64,000 nucleotides of DNA. Origin: Escherichia phage EC.W2-6. The stretch lies in the sequence record PP445229.1. One strand, written 5' to 3'. A model generated the notes under the pieces. The model was not told where the DNA came from. It searched no databases and worked only from the letters and a program-made list of their open reading frames with translations. This document shows, in pieces, positions 49,347 through 58,628 of the stretch; within the stretch, counting starts at the first letter, position 1, and each line of letters opens with the position of its first letter. Position numbers and translations under genes: made by a program.

Positions 49347-51590
49347 TTAGTTTTTACTTCCAAGACGTTTGCCTGGAATCCGTGAATCTTTGAGAGAAGC
49401 TTGTTGCTCTTTCTTAGTTACATTAGCTTCTTTCTTTTGGAGTTCCAAAGTTTTATCCTGAACACGAGCTTGCTGAACAATCTTCTCTTGGTCTACCTGA
49501 TGCTCCATAACCATCTGCAATTCTTTCAGTACAGACTCATACTGACGGACCTGCTGTTGCATAAGAGCTAACTTGTGCTTAGCTTGTTCCAGAGTAGCAT
49601 TGTTATCCTCTTTACGGTTTTCCAGAGTCATAGCATCTGCTGCATTTTCTTGCTTGAACTGCAACTCTTCCTGACGCAGACTTAATTCATCCGCAGCTTT
49701 CTGCTGTTCGAATGTAGTACGTTCACGTTGGTCGAATGCATCAGCAATCATCTTCTGAGAAGAAGCCTGTACGTTCTCAACCTGTGCTTTAGTCATCTCG
49801 AGTTGGAGGATTTCCATTGGAGACGGCTCAGGAGGCTGATACTGTTCCAGAGGCAGTAAGTATTTATGAGTGTCCTTAATACCCATCAACTCAAAGATCT
49901 GTGCAGTCATGTAACGGTCTTGCTCCAAACCGAAGAGAGGTGCTAACTGTGCATCTGCTGCAATCAGCTGTTTCAAGCTAATCAGTTTCTGTGCACGTTC
50001 TGCTTTCTCATTAGGAGAGATAGCTACAACAACTTGAAGATTGTGACGAGCTGGCAATTGTTTCGGATTTACCTGAACCATACCACGAGGGGTTTGTACC
50101 TCAATAGGAACTTCACCATTTTCTCTGATAAGGCTGTAAATACCACGCATCAATTCAACCATACCATTGTGAGCAATGTTACGACATACCATACGGAGAC
50201 GGTTCTGTGCAGCATTCATCATCAAGCCTACAGTTGCATAAGCGTTATCATTCTTAAACACATCAGGGTTGATACCCATGCCTAGTTTGGTTACACCTGT
50301 ACGTGTCTCTTTAAGCTCCTCAGACATGCCTAGGAGGCCGTCAATACCTTGAGGTAGGTTATGGTATGGGAACAGGTCAATAGCGTCCTGACGTTCCATT
50401 TCAACCACTCCACCGGGACGGTTATCAAGCAGAGAGCGACGGTCGTATGCACCAACAAGAGCTTTGTATCGACCATAGTTAGCATTGTTGACGTTATCAA
50501 TATAACCACGAACTAACGCGGTACGTAAATCTTGAATATCTTTCGTAATGTCATAGACCGATTGACCATAGAAGGAACCCGGAATCGGATATGGGCAGAA
50601 GGTTACAAACGGAATGTGAGTTACTTCTTCAGTGTGAAGGATATGCTCACCAGCTTGGATAACCTGATAGAGTTTAGACTCTTTATTCTTATCTAGAACA
50701 CCAGTACGAATGTAGTGCTCGTAAACCCAAACCATAGAAGCGATATCTTCGGTATCTGTACCAATATCAGCATCAATATCTTGACGCCAGTCAGTACGAG
50801 ACCAAGCAACTGTAGATTGAGTAGTATCCATCGTGTCTGTCCAGTCGTTGAATGCTTCAATCTCATCTTTAGGGAAGCCCATAGCAACCAGATCTTCTTT
50901 AGAACGACGTACACGATGACAGAAGTATTGTGCATCTGCAAAAGAGGTAGCATGTTCATCAACAAAGATTTGCTCTGAAGGAACATATTCAACTTTCACA
51001 CGTTTAACAGTTTGTTCGTAAGTAACTTTAACATCGACTGTACCGTCTTCATTTTCTTCAGTGAAGACTTCCAGATTCTTGAGTCCACCAGCTTCTAATC
51101 CCTGAACATATGCAGCCAATGCTTCCGGTGGTACACCTTCAGCTTCTTCAGTTTGAGTAGAAGTTTGTTCATCCCAATAATACTTGATAAAAGAGTTACG
51201 AGTAACTAGACATTCTTGTGCAGCAGAAGAGATAATATTGTATCCCGGATTATCACGCAGAAGAATTTGGTTAACTAATTTAGTTGCTACATCAGCAGCA
51301 TCAGAATCCTGTTGGTTGTCAGCTACGAAAGTAACTGCTTCATCACCAGAACAGAATACGTTAATAATATCTTGCAATGTACCGTTAACAGATTCCCAAA
51401 CAGTACGATCTACCCAACTAGAGCTGCCAGCAGTTACTGGTGCAGGTAAGTTACCATAGAAATATTCCCAAGCTTCACGAGCATAGCCCTTAACAGCCAT
51501 GTCCACGTAACCTTGAGCGTAATTAAAACGACGTTGAAGGTCAACACGTAACTCGTCCAACACCTCTTCACTATATTTTTGCTTAGCCAT
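49347..51590 (-). CDS. portal protein
   Basis: 747 aa, immediately downstream of the large terminase gene; long C-terminal coiled coil. Confidence 0.65.
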   Translation of the reverse strand: MAKQKYSEEVLDELRVDLQRRFNYAQGYVDMAVKGYAREAWEYFYGNLPAPVTAGSSSWVDRTVWESVNGTLQDIINVFCSGDEAVTFVADNQQDSDAADVATKLVNQILLRDNPGYNIISSAAQECLVTRNSFIKYYWDEQTSTQTEEAEGVPPEALAAYVQGLEAGGLKNLEVFTEENEDGTVDVKVTYEQTVKRVKVEYVPSEQIFVDEHATSFADAQYFCHRVRRSKEDLVAMGFPKDEIEAFNDWTDTMDTTQSTVAWSRTDWRQDIDADIGTDTEDIASMVWVYEHYIRTGVLDKNKESKLYQVIQAGEHILHTEEVTHIPFVTFCPYPIPGSFYGQSVYDITKDIQDLRTALVRGYIDNVNNANYGRYKALVGAYDRRSLLDNRPGGVVEMERQDAIDLFPYHNLPQGIDGLLGMSEELKETRTGVTKLGMGINPDVFKNDNAYATVGLMMNAAQNRLRMVCRNIAHNGMVELMRGIYSLIRENGEVPIEVQTPRGMVQVNPKQLPARHNLQVVVAISPNEKAERAQKLISLKQLIAADAQLAPLFGLEQDRYMTAQIFELMGIKDTHKYLLPLEQYQPPEPSPMEILQLEMTKAQVENVQASSQKMIADAFDQRERTTFEQQKAADELSLRQEELQFKQENAADAMTLENRKEDNNATLEQAKHKLALMQQQVRQYESVLKELQMVMEHQVDQEKIVQQARVQDKTLELQKKEANVTKKEQQASLKDSRIPGKRLGSKN

Positions 51591-51617
51591 CTATTCTCTC
51601 CCTCGGTTGATAGCTTA

Positions 51618-51646
51618 AATAAAAGAAGGGAGGACAAACCTCCCCC
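51618..51646 (-). terminator. rho-independent terminator after large terminase (minus strand)
   Basis: GGGAGG-(loop)-CCTCCC hairpin followed by TTCTTTTATTT in minus-strand sense. Confidence 0.5.
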
Positions 51647-51651
51647 TTACT

Positions 51652-53193
51652 TTAGTAACTCTGATTCCATCTGCTTACGTTTGCCTCATACAGAGAAGCA
51701 CTTCCGTAGCTAACGTCATGCTTAGAGCGACCACGATGTGTAACAGAGCACGCTGAATAGCGCATTGCATCCATTAAGTCATCATGTTCTTTAATAATCT
51801 TACCAACCTTACGGTGATATCTAGCTTTCTCTTCGAATAGCTTAGCATTAGCGGCTGTGTTAAAGATTTTAAAGCGTCCACTCATCATTCTTTCTCGGAT
51901 ATCTGTGATTCCCGGTTCTACAAAGAAGTTCTTTTTACCATCCATTCCAATTTTGTTGTAGAAGGTCTCACTCTGTACGTTAACTCCTGCATTCTTATAG
52001 AATTGAGCAACAGATGAGCCACTACCTTTCTCAATATTGTCCGCATCGTGCGGTAGGATGACAGGAATCCACTGACCACGACCATTAATAGCTGGAGCAT
52101 GATACACTGGAGTAAAGCCACCTTCTTTATATGAGTCGTAAACATAGATAGTATCCGTGTTTGCATCGTAAGCTGTCCAAACAGCAGCAGTTGGGTGATC
52201 AATACCAATATCAATTGCACAGACACGTTTCCACGTATCAGGAATTTCGAATGGTTCACATTTAATTGTGTCATCCGATACATCATAAATCAAACCACTT
52301 CCTAACAATGGCATACCTTTCGAACGCATCTCTAACTGCCACGCTGGAATACCTTCAGTCATATCTTTTATATCTTGGTCAGTGATATGTCCACCTAGGT
52401 CTGCATGAGCATCCCACCAAGAAGCGTTCTGGAAATATAGAGAACCTGTGTTCTCATCCCCTTCGCCTTTCATAAATTTATCTACCAGTTCAGTTAAACC
52501 GTTCTCTGGTGTAGCTGTAATTGTAACTAGACCTTTAGTTGTGAGTGTACGTGTGACGCACTGTGCGAATATAGCCATAGACTCGTATGGATCTTCTTCG
52601 TCTAACCAAATGTAGTCAACTGTTGCACCCATCAATGTGTGTTCACCCTGTTGGGTTGAACGGAATTCTAATGTACTTAAACCGTCAAACTCCCCTCTCT
52701 CATTTTGATGTTTGATTTGTACGATTTGAAGTTTGTTACCATCTCGTTCTATCGTGTCAATGACGATAGCATCACGAGGAATGACACCTGTCCCCAATAA
52801 GTTTGTATCCTTTCCGATAGGTGTACCAAACAATTCCTTTTGCAATACTTTCCTTGTGGAATCCCCTGTAATACCAACTGCCCATGCTAAGATAGGTCTT
52901 TTAAATTTATATCCTGTCCACCAAGTTGGGTAGCGACCTGTGACATGACAAGCAAACTCGTATGCCTCGCTATAAGATTTACCAACACGGTTCGCTGCAC
53001 ACAAGAATCTAAAGCGATGCTTCAATCCTGCTGCATAAAATTTCTTTTGGAAGTCATACGCCTTGAAAGACAAAATCTTATTATACTTCCTCCATTGGTC
53101 ACGCTCTTTCAACATATTCAATAGTGCTTTCTTTTCCTCTACACTAAGATTGTTACCAGTTAGAGCTTCATAAATTTGTTTATCTAATGACAT
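51652..53193 (-). CDS. terminase large subunit
   Basis: Walker A AANRVGKS, Walker B YIWLDEE, C-terminal nuclease-like acidic motifs (AIDIGIDHP, DAMRY). Confidence 0.85.
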   Translation of the reverse strand: MSLDKQIYEALTGNNLSVEEKKALLNMLKERDQWRKYNKILSFKAYDFQKKFYAAGLKHRFRFLCAANRVGKSYSEAYEFACHVTGRYPTWWTGYKFKRPILAWAVGITGDSTRKVLQKELFGTPIGKDTNLLGTGVIPRDAIVIDTIERDGNKLQIVQIKHQNERGEFDGLSTLEFRSTQQGEHTLMGATVDYIWLDEEDPYESMAIFAQCVTRTLTTKGLVTITATPENGLTELVDKFMKGEGDENTGSLYFQNASWWDAHADLGGHITDQDIKDMTEGIPAWQLEMRSKGMPLLGSGLIYDVSDDTIKCEPFEIPDTWKRVCAIDIGIDHPTAAVWTAYDANTDTIYVYDSYKEGGFTPVYHAPAINGRGQWIPVILPHDADNIEKGSGSSVAQFYKNAGVNVQSETFYNKIGMDGKKNFFVEPGITDIRERMMSGRFKIFNTAANAKLFEEKARYHRKVGKIIKEHDDLMDAMRYSACSVTHRGRSKHDVSYGSASLYEANVSRWNQSY

Positions 53194-53204
53194 ACTTCCT
53201 CCAG

Positions 53205-53245
53205 TTTAAAAATAGAAAAGGGAAAGTCCCTTCGTCAAAGAACCT
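53205..53245 (-). terminator. possible attenuator hairpin between small and large terminase genes
   Basis: AAGGGA ... TCCCTT hairpin with T-run in minus-strand sense in the 70-nt gap. Confidence 0.3.
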
Positions 53246-53262
53246 CCCCTTCTTTCCTTTAC

Positions 53263-53736
53263 TTAACTCTCGTCCGCTTCCTCCCCCTTTTCAGCGTCCT
53301 CAGAGTTGTCTTCTTCTGGAGGCATAACGTCGATACCAAGTGCTCCAGTCAAGAAGTCCTTGATTTGTGCATTCAATGATTCTTCGTTGATTACATTCTC
53401 TTCCTCAATCTTAACTTCAACAGAGGCCGCCTTAGGATATACCAGATCTGCAACTTTTGATGCAGCCTTGAATCTAAGATCAGGTGGAATATTAGGATCT
53501 TCGTAAATTTGAATTAACACTTCATCAGGAGACAAATGACTTGCAGCAACACGGTCCAACATTAATTGTGTCAGTTTACCTCTACTACCTCTGGGTCGTC
53601 CGAATTTATTTCCCTTTTGAAACTTCCCATTGCTTGGGTTCATACCACGGCCTTCAAGTTCTTCCGTTACTCCGGGTAATCTTCCTGTAATCTCAGCTAC
53701 CTGTGCAGGCGTGAGTTCTCCGTTTTCTCCAAACAT
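53263..53736 (-). CDS. putative terminase small subunit
   Basis: N-terminal helix-turn-helix-like LTPAQVAEITG, basic GNKFGRPRGS segment, acidic C-terminus; directly upstream of large terminase. Confidence 0.5.
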   Translation of the reverse strand: MFGENGELTPAQVAEITGRLPGVTEELEGRGMNPSNGKFQKGNKFGRPRGSRGKLTQLMLDRVAASHLSPDEVLIQIYEDPNIPPDLRFKAASKVADLVYPKAASVEVKIEEENVINEESLNAQIKDFLTGALGIDVMPPEEDNSEDAEKGEEADES

Positions 53737-53792
53737 TTTATACTCCTTCTACATTATCAACAACACAAAAAGCCTCCCAACGGAGGCAAATA

Positions 53793-54425
53793 TTACTTAC
53801 AATCACCAACGGACAGGTTAAACATCTTACCTAGAGCAATCGTCTCACCTTCCCACGGAAGTTCTGCACCCTTCTCTTCCTCTAAAAGAATAGAGCCGTC
53901 GACCAAAAATTTTTCGTAGTCTCGCAGTGCGTCGTCTACTAGCTCACTCTTGTGAATCCATGTAATTGTTTCTGTACCATCCTCTTCGATTCTAACATCA
54001 CGATGCCATTCATCTTTGGAGGTAATATAATCATGGAGCATTTCGTATTCAGCTTCTTCAATCATCTCAATCATTGCACGAGCATAGTCAGGGAGGTGAT
54101 CATGTTTAGTAGATTCGTATTCAACTACTTCCAGAGTAGAAGGCTTAGCCCGTGCAACTTCTTCAAGTACTTTTGAGCGATCTTTGTAGTAGTTCTCATA
54201 TTTATCACCAATAGTACCGACTTGAAGTCCACGGTATTGTTCTACTAAACTCATCATATCTTTCTTCTCCGTAATAGTTGGTTTAAGAATACTTCCACTA
54301 TATAAATCTTGTACAGCCAATCCTGAAACATTTCCCATAGTTTCTAAATGCTGTAAGCTACAACCAGATCGACATAGCTGTGAATTGTAATCGTTAAGGT
54401 CCATCGCTTGGATTAAATTATTCAT
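53793..54425 (-). CDS. hypothetical protein (210 aa)
   Basis: Start at internal ATG overlapping upstream gene stop by 8 nt. Confidence 0.4.
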   Translation of the reverse strand: MNNLIQAMDLNDYNSQLCRSGCSLQHLETMGNVSGLAVQDLYSGSILKPTITEKKDMMSLVEQYRGLQVGTIGDKYENYYKDRSKVLEEVARAKPSTLEVVEYESTKHDHLPDYARAMIEMIEEAEYEMLHDYITSKDEWHRDVRIEEDGTETITWIHKSELVDDALRDYEKFLVDGSILLEEEKGAELPWEGETIALGKMFNLSVGDCK

Positions 54426-54672
54426 TTGTATCTCCCTTGCTGTAATCTTTGTATGTTTCTTTTCTGTAAGTGCGGAATGCTCTGAAGAAGAGCCAACCAA
54501 AACTACTTACATCAATTGTAATATCGAAATCTGTTTCATCATCTAAATCAACAAGACGGCCTAAGCAAGTAGCTTCCATCCCTTCTTCAGAGTCACTGTT
54601 GACCACGAAAGCGTATGTCTCCGTTCTGAACCGAGGCACCATCTCTGATAAAAAGTCTAGTACTAAATTCAT
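54421..54672 (-). CDS. hypothetical acidic protein (84 aa)
   Basis: First minus-strand ORF after the large non-coding junction. Confidence 0.4.
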
Positions 54673-55261
54673 AATTCTTCTCCTCTGAATAAGAGTATAA
54701 AGGGCACATCATAAGACCTACCCGTAAAGGCCACCTCACATTAACACCCGTGAGAATACCTGTATTCATTTTCGTAGTCTTCTTCAGAGAAGCTACCGTA
54801 TTCATCTTCTGTCATACATCCCTCTGATAAAGTTAAGACATAAAGGGGACGTCATCTTTGATGACTACTTCACATTAAGGCACCCCCATAAAGGCCATGT
54901 CACGTTAAGGCCTATCCATCCATGTGCTGTGTTTAAGCTTACCACATTTACTACATCTCCAAGTGGACTTATAAAGGGTGTGAACTCTTTCATCCCCGTA
55001 AGCTTTGCGTATCCGATAGTACTCATGATCACATTTGAATTGCTTAATGATTAACTTAATTTTCCACATAAGTTCTCTTTCAACCTTATATATAAGAGTT
55101 TAAAATACAGATTTATAAAAAATAAAGATGTATATATCTGTTTAAAATTCTGATTTGACCGAGTGGGGCTAGCCGCTCGCCGCGCGTTTCCTAAAAGGGG
55201 GGAGTCCTCATTTAAAAAAGGGTTATTGGCAATGCCTTTACACCTCCTTCCACGTTCCAAC

Positions 55262-55330
55262 CTTTCCCCGTGCCTACTCCCCGTTATTCTTTCCCCGTGT
55301 ATACCATCCTATTCATTAGCTACCCGTTTA
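55262..55330. repeat. iteron cluster 1 (four YCCCGTR repeats)
   Basis: TTTCCCCGTG, CTCCCCGTT, TTTCCCCGTG and CTACCCGTT within 70 bp. Confidence 0.55.
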
Positions 55331-55635
55331 TTTAGTACCCCTTTAGAGAGTGAGAGAAAGGCTATACTCTGATAAGGCACAATCATAACAGGTCTAATAA
55401 TACCGTATTGTTACCGTTCAGCTCCCCATAGTTTGAATGTAAATAGTTTCAATAGTAATGATTATGAGTGCAATAATGATGTATGTATTAATTAAGTGGA
55501 TGATTGTAATTCTTTTAATAATTGCTTTTATTCTTTTCTTTTTCAGCGTGCCTTTGTGAGCGTAGCGAACGTCTTTGATGTTTGAGTTATACAATTATTT
55601 AAGTGGTATATTATTACCGCACTATCTTGCTATGT

Positions 55636-55722
55636 TTCCCCGTGGTCTACCCTGCGGTTGTATGCTCCCCGTGTCCTGGTCTGTTGGTCTGCTACCCGTA
55701 GCACCAGCGTAACACCCGTAGG
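55636..55722. repeat. iteron cluster 2 (four YCCCGTR repeats, ~25 bp spacing)
   Basis: TTTCCCCGTGG, CTCCCCGTG, CTACCCGTAG and AACACCCGTAG; separated from cluster 1 by an AT-rich stretch. Confidence 0.55.
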
Positions 55723-55836
55723 ATTAGTGTTATAAAGTAACAATAGCTAGTAAGCTGATTCTCTGAGTATGGAAGGTTTAGTAAATTAAATTCCTTTAGT
55801 TTTCAGTGAGTTATAAGAAAGTTAGAAAATAAATGG

Positions 55837-55866
55837 TTGACAGGTTTTTCCTTTATTATATAGTTG
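55837..55866 (+). promoter_or_regulatory. sigma70-like promoter (TTGACA-N16-TATAGT)
   Basis: Near-consensus -35 and -10 hexamers about 45 nt upstream of the 55909 gene; spacer closely resembles the promoter at 58091. Confidence 0.55.
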
Positions 55867-55908
55867 CGATTGTAATTTGTAGTTTTCATCAACCATAAGG
55901 AATATCAA

Positions 55909-56781
55909 ATGTCTAAAGTAGCAATTAACCACTTGAACAAAGCAAACGAAAGCCTTTCCTCTTTAGGCTTAACCGTTGGTAGTCCTGATGCGTGGATGGA
56001 AAACGAAAGCGCACGTAAAGGATTCAAAAACTCTGTAATGCTGGCTTGCTTGATCATTAATTCTACTGCGAACGCCTTACAGTGTGAAGATGAAAGCACG
56101 TTCAAAGAGAATGGCTTTACCGATATACAGGACGCTATCAACTGTTACATTCAGGCAAATTTGGATAGCTGGAATCAGAAAGATTGGCCTGAGTCATGCC
56201 GTGATGTGAAAGCTGAATTATCCCGCTTGTCTGTCATGGTTGAAGCATGGAACAAGAAAAACAAGAAACAACCAATCAAGCCTACTGTTGCAAGTAAGAT
56301 TATGAAGTCTGTTAATCTGGCAAGTTATGCACTGGTTGCAGCTATCGGTGTTAGTGCACTGGTCACGTCTCTTTCTGATAAGGCTATCGCTAGTCCTGCT
56401 CCTGCAACTGATGCGGCTAGTGTCTTCTCTAGTTCCATCAATAAGGGTTGGATGATTTGCAACGGTGCGGATAGTGACGGCAATAATATCGTGCTAAAGA
56501 TGAAATTTAGCAACGTAACAAATGATGGAGTTCTCTTTCAATCTAAAACGTTAGATAATCAGCCTAACAGTGATCTAGTTCTCAAGCGTACTGATAACGA
56601 TGCGGATATGGTGACATTTGGCACTGTACAACGTTATGAAGACGTTAAAGCTGTAACCAACCTAGTGAGCTATGGCCCGATCAATGAGTCGATGATCGCC
56701 ACCACGGTTTACAATAACGCTGATAATGCTGTTTATACTGTTCACGTTAATTTAGCCAACTGCATTAAGGCTAGTAAGTAA
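55909..56781 (+). CDS. membrane protein with central TM helix (290 aa)
   Basis: Hydrophobic LASYALVAAIGVSALVTSL between a helical N-domain and beta-rich C-domain; sigma70-like promoter about 45 nt upstream. Confidence 0.5.
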   Translation: MSKVAINHLNKANESLSSLGLTVGSPDAWMENESARKGFKNSVMLACLIINSTANALQCEDESTFKENGFTDIQDAINCYIQANLDSWNQKDWPESCRDVKAELSRLSVMVEAWNKKNKKQPIKPTVASKIMKSVNLASYALVAAIGVSALVTSLSDKAIASPAPATDAASVFSSSINKGWMICNGADSDGNNIVLKMKFSNVTNDGVLFQSKTLDNQPNSDLVLKRTDNDADMVTFGTVQRYEDVKAVTNLVSYGPINESMIATTVYNNADNAVYTVHVNLANCIKASK

Positions 56782-56805
56782 ATAACCTATTTTGGGAGTG
56801 TAAAA

Positions 56806-57069
56806 ATGGCTATCAAAGAAATTAAGTTATCTAATGGCTTTTCTTGTTTTGTTGGTGGAAGCTCTATCCTGTTTAATACACTTGATGGTCAGATAACGTT
56901 ACCTGTTATCACTTTTTGCAGGATGGAATATCAGCCTCTTAAAGATTGGCTAGCCTTTGCTGATTTTGAAATTACCCGTGAAGACTTCAAATCAATCTAT
57001 ATTGACGGTGATTTATCACTGGCTAACCTGCTCAATCATGGACTAATTAAGGGTGATATTAATGGGTAA
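56806..57069 (+). CDS. hypothetical protein (87 aa)
   Basis: ORF with GGGAG upstream. Confidence 0.4.
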   Translation: MAIKEIKLSNGFSCFVGGSSILFNTLDGQITLPVITFCRMEYQPLKDWLAFADFEITREDFKSIYIDGDLSLANLLNHGLIKGDING

Positions 57070-57316
57070 TGAAACAATCGCACTGATTGACACGCACAAT
57101 TACGGTGGCGTTACGCTCTCCTTTGATGAGTCAATCGACTACACTTATTTGTCCTTTCTAACTAAGGGTGAAATAAAAACTATTAGCTTTCCTGCGGTCT
57201 ATTTAGTACAGGATTATCTCACTATTGGGAAGTATTTAGCCCAACGCGGGATTCTTCTGTCGCTGGAAGAAGTGGAACAGGTTAGCGTAGCATTTTTTGG
57301 CGAGGATAGCAACTAG
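57053..57316 (+). CDS. hypothetical protein (87 aa)
   Basis: Overlapping ORF in operon. Confidence 0.4.
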   Translation: MILMGNETIALIDTHNYGGVTLSFDESIDYTYLSFLTKGEIKTISFPAVYLVQDYLTIGKYLAQRGILLSLEEVEQVSVAFFGEDSN

Positions 57317-57408
57317 TGATTCATGATTATTTTTGGCGTTGCTTGTTCGTTGTTACAGTGGCGTTATTCGTCGCTGATATGCTTTATTCTTATATTCTCT
57401 AACTATAG

Positions 57409-57786
57409 GTGATTATTATCATGGGTATTATCAAATTTGTAGTAAAAGTATTCGTGGGCTTCTTCCTTGTCGTTCTCCTGCTGGGTGTGCTCCTATCGGC
57501 TATGGGTAGCGTTAAGGCTGCAACATTCTCCCCTGCTACGGTGGAAGGTTTACAGTGCACCTATTTGATAGAAAATTATGATACCGGTAAAAAGTCACCT
57601 AAAGTTATTATTTTGCATGTAAATGATTTCGATCATGTGCAATCAGATAGTAAAACTATTCTACTGGTAAATGAAACTACTGGTAAACAAATCACGGTCG
57701 ATCACTTGATGCGCTCATCGTTAACGCTCTTTGATGAGTCCATGAATGAAATGGCATCCGGTAATGGTCAATGTGTAAATCCATAG
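57409..57786 (+). CDS. membrane-anchored/secreted protein (125 aa)
   Basis: N-terminal hydrophobic segment (IIKFVVKVFVGFFLVVLLLGVLLSAMG); two Cys in extracytoplasmic part; terminator downstream. Confidence 0.45.
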   Translation: MIIIMGIIKFVVKVFVGFFLVVLLLGVLLSAMGSVKAATFSPATVEGLQCTYLIENYDTGKKSPKVIILHVNDFDHVQSDSKTILLVNETTGKQITVDHLMRSSLTLFDESMNEMASGNGQCVNP

Positions 57787-57862
57787 GCTTAATCTTTCTC
57801 CTGTATTGTGCCGTAGTCATGCCTATGGTCATAATTTATCTGATGCTTTAAATCCTTCCTGT

Positions 57863-57890
57863 AAGCCTCCTAGTGAGGCTTTTCTCTTTT
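57863..57890 (+). terminator. rho-independent terminator
   Basis: AAGCCTC-CTAGT-GAGGCTT hairpin followed by TTCTCTTTT. Confidence 0.6.
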
Positions 57891-58090
57891 ATGAGGTGAT
57901 TGTATGCCTTACTCCCTTTTAGCTCGTTGTGGTGCGTTACAGGCCGCTTATTATTGCTTTACAAGCCGTTTTCTATGATGTATCACGCGCCCCCGCTCTT
58001 TTACCTCCTGATTTCTTCCGGTGTCCTACCGACAATAAAATAAATTCCTTTATAAAACAGTGAGATGAAAAATAATTTGAAAAAAGGGTA

Positions 58091-58118
58091 TTGACATGAT
58101 TTTCCTTTATAGTAATAT
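58091..58118 (+). promoter_or_regulatory. sigma70-like early promoter (TTGACA-N16-TAATAT)
   Basis: Consensus -35, 16-nt spacer, good -10; preceded by an A-rich UP-like tract. Confidence 0.55.
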
Positions 58119-58296
58119 GAATCCCGTAGTAAGCAGTAAGTAACAACAAGTAGTAAAAACTCCTCGATAGGTGATTAGCATCACGGTAAAAGGCTTCAAC
58201 GGGGAGCGGTAGGAATACCGACAGTAAGACGCACAATGAAGGTGCTACGCTCTTTAAAAATCAGGCTAGAAAGTGAAAATATTCTTAAAAAGAGTA

Positions 58297-58325
58297 TTGA
58301 CACCGAAAACAGCCTGATTCATAAT
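58297..58325 (+). promoter_or_regulatory. sigma70-like early promoter (TTGACA-N17-CATAAT)
   Basis: Consensus -35 with 17-nt spacer; near-duplicate of the promoter at 58600. Confidence 0.6.
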
Positions 58326-58444
58326 AAGCACTCAGTCAGCGATGACTTAAAAAATCCCGCTCTTTAAAAACTTATCATCTTGCCTTTTCGCATAGATTCA
58401 CGCGAGATAAGGGAAAAGAATAAAAGAAGATGATAAAAAAGAGA

Positions 58445-58479
58445 TTGACAAGCTAACACGATGTGTTAAGCTGTAAATG
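58445..58479 (+). promoter_or_regulatory. possible weak promoter (TTGACA with poor -10)
   Basis: Consensus -35 only; no good -10 hexamer at 16-18 nt spacing. Confidence 0.25.
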
Positions 58480-58599
58480 CTACACCGCTCTTTAACAATA
58501 TGAATCATAAGTTAAGCATCACCGCTTAATCTTCAATCAAATAAAGCTGATTGATATATCCTCCCAATAGCGGGAACGACGAAAAAGATTAAAAAGTGG

Positions 58600-58628
58600 T
58601 TGACAGCGAAAACAACATGATTCATAAT
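58600..58628 (+). promoter_or_regulatory. sigma70-like early promoter (TTGACA-N17-CATAAT)
   Basis: Same architecture and nearly identical spacer to the promoter at 58297. Confidence 0.6.

Noticed and set aside
58445-58479. Third promoter of the early array as a strong promoter
   Set aside because: Has a consensus -35 but no acceptable -10 at 16-18 nt; kept only as a low-confidence feature
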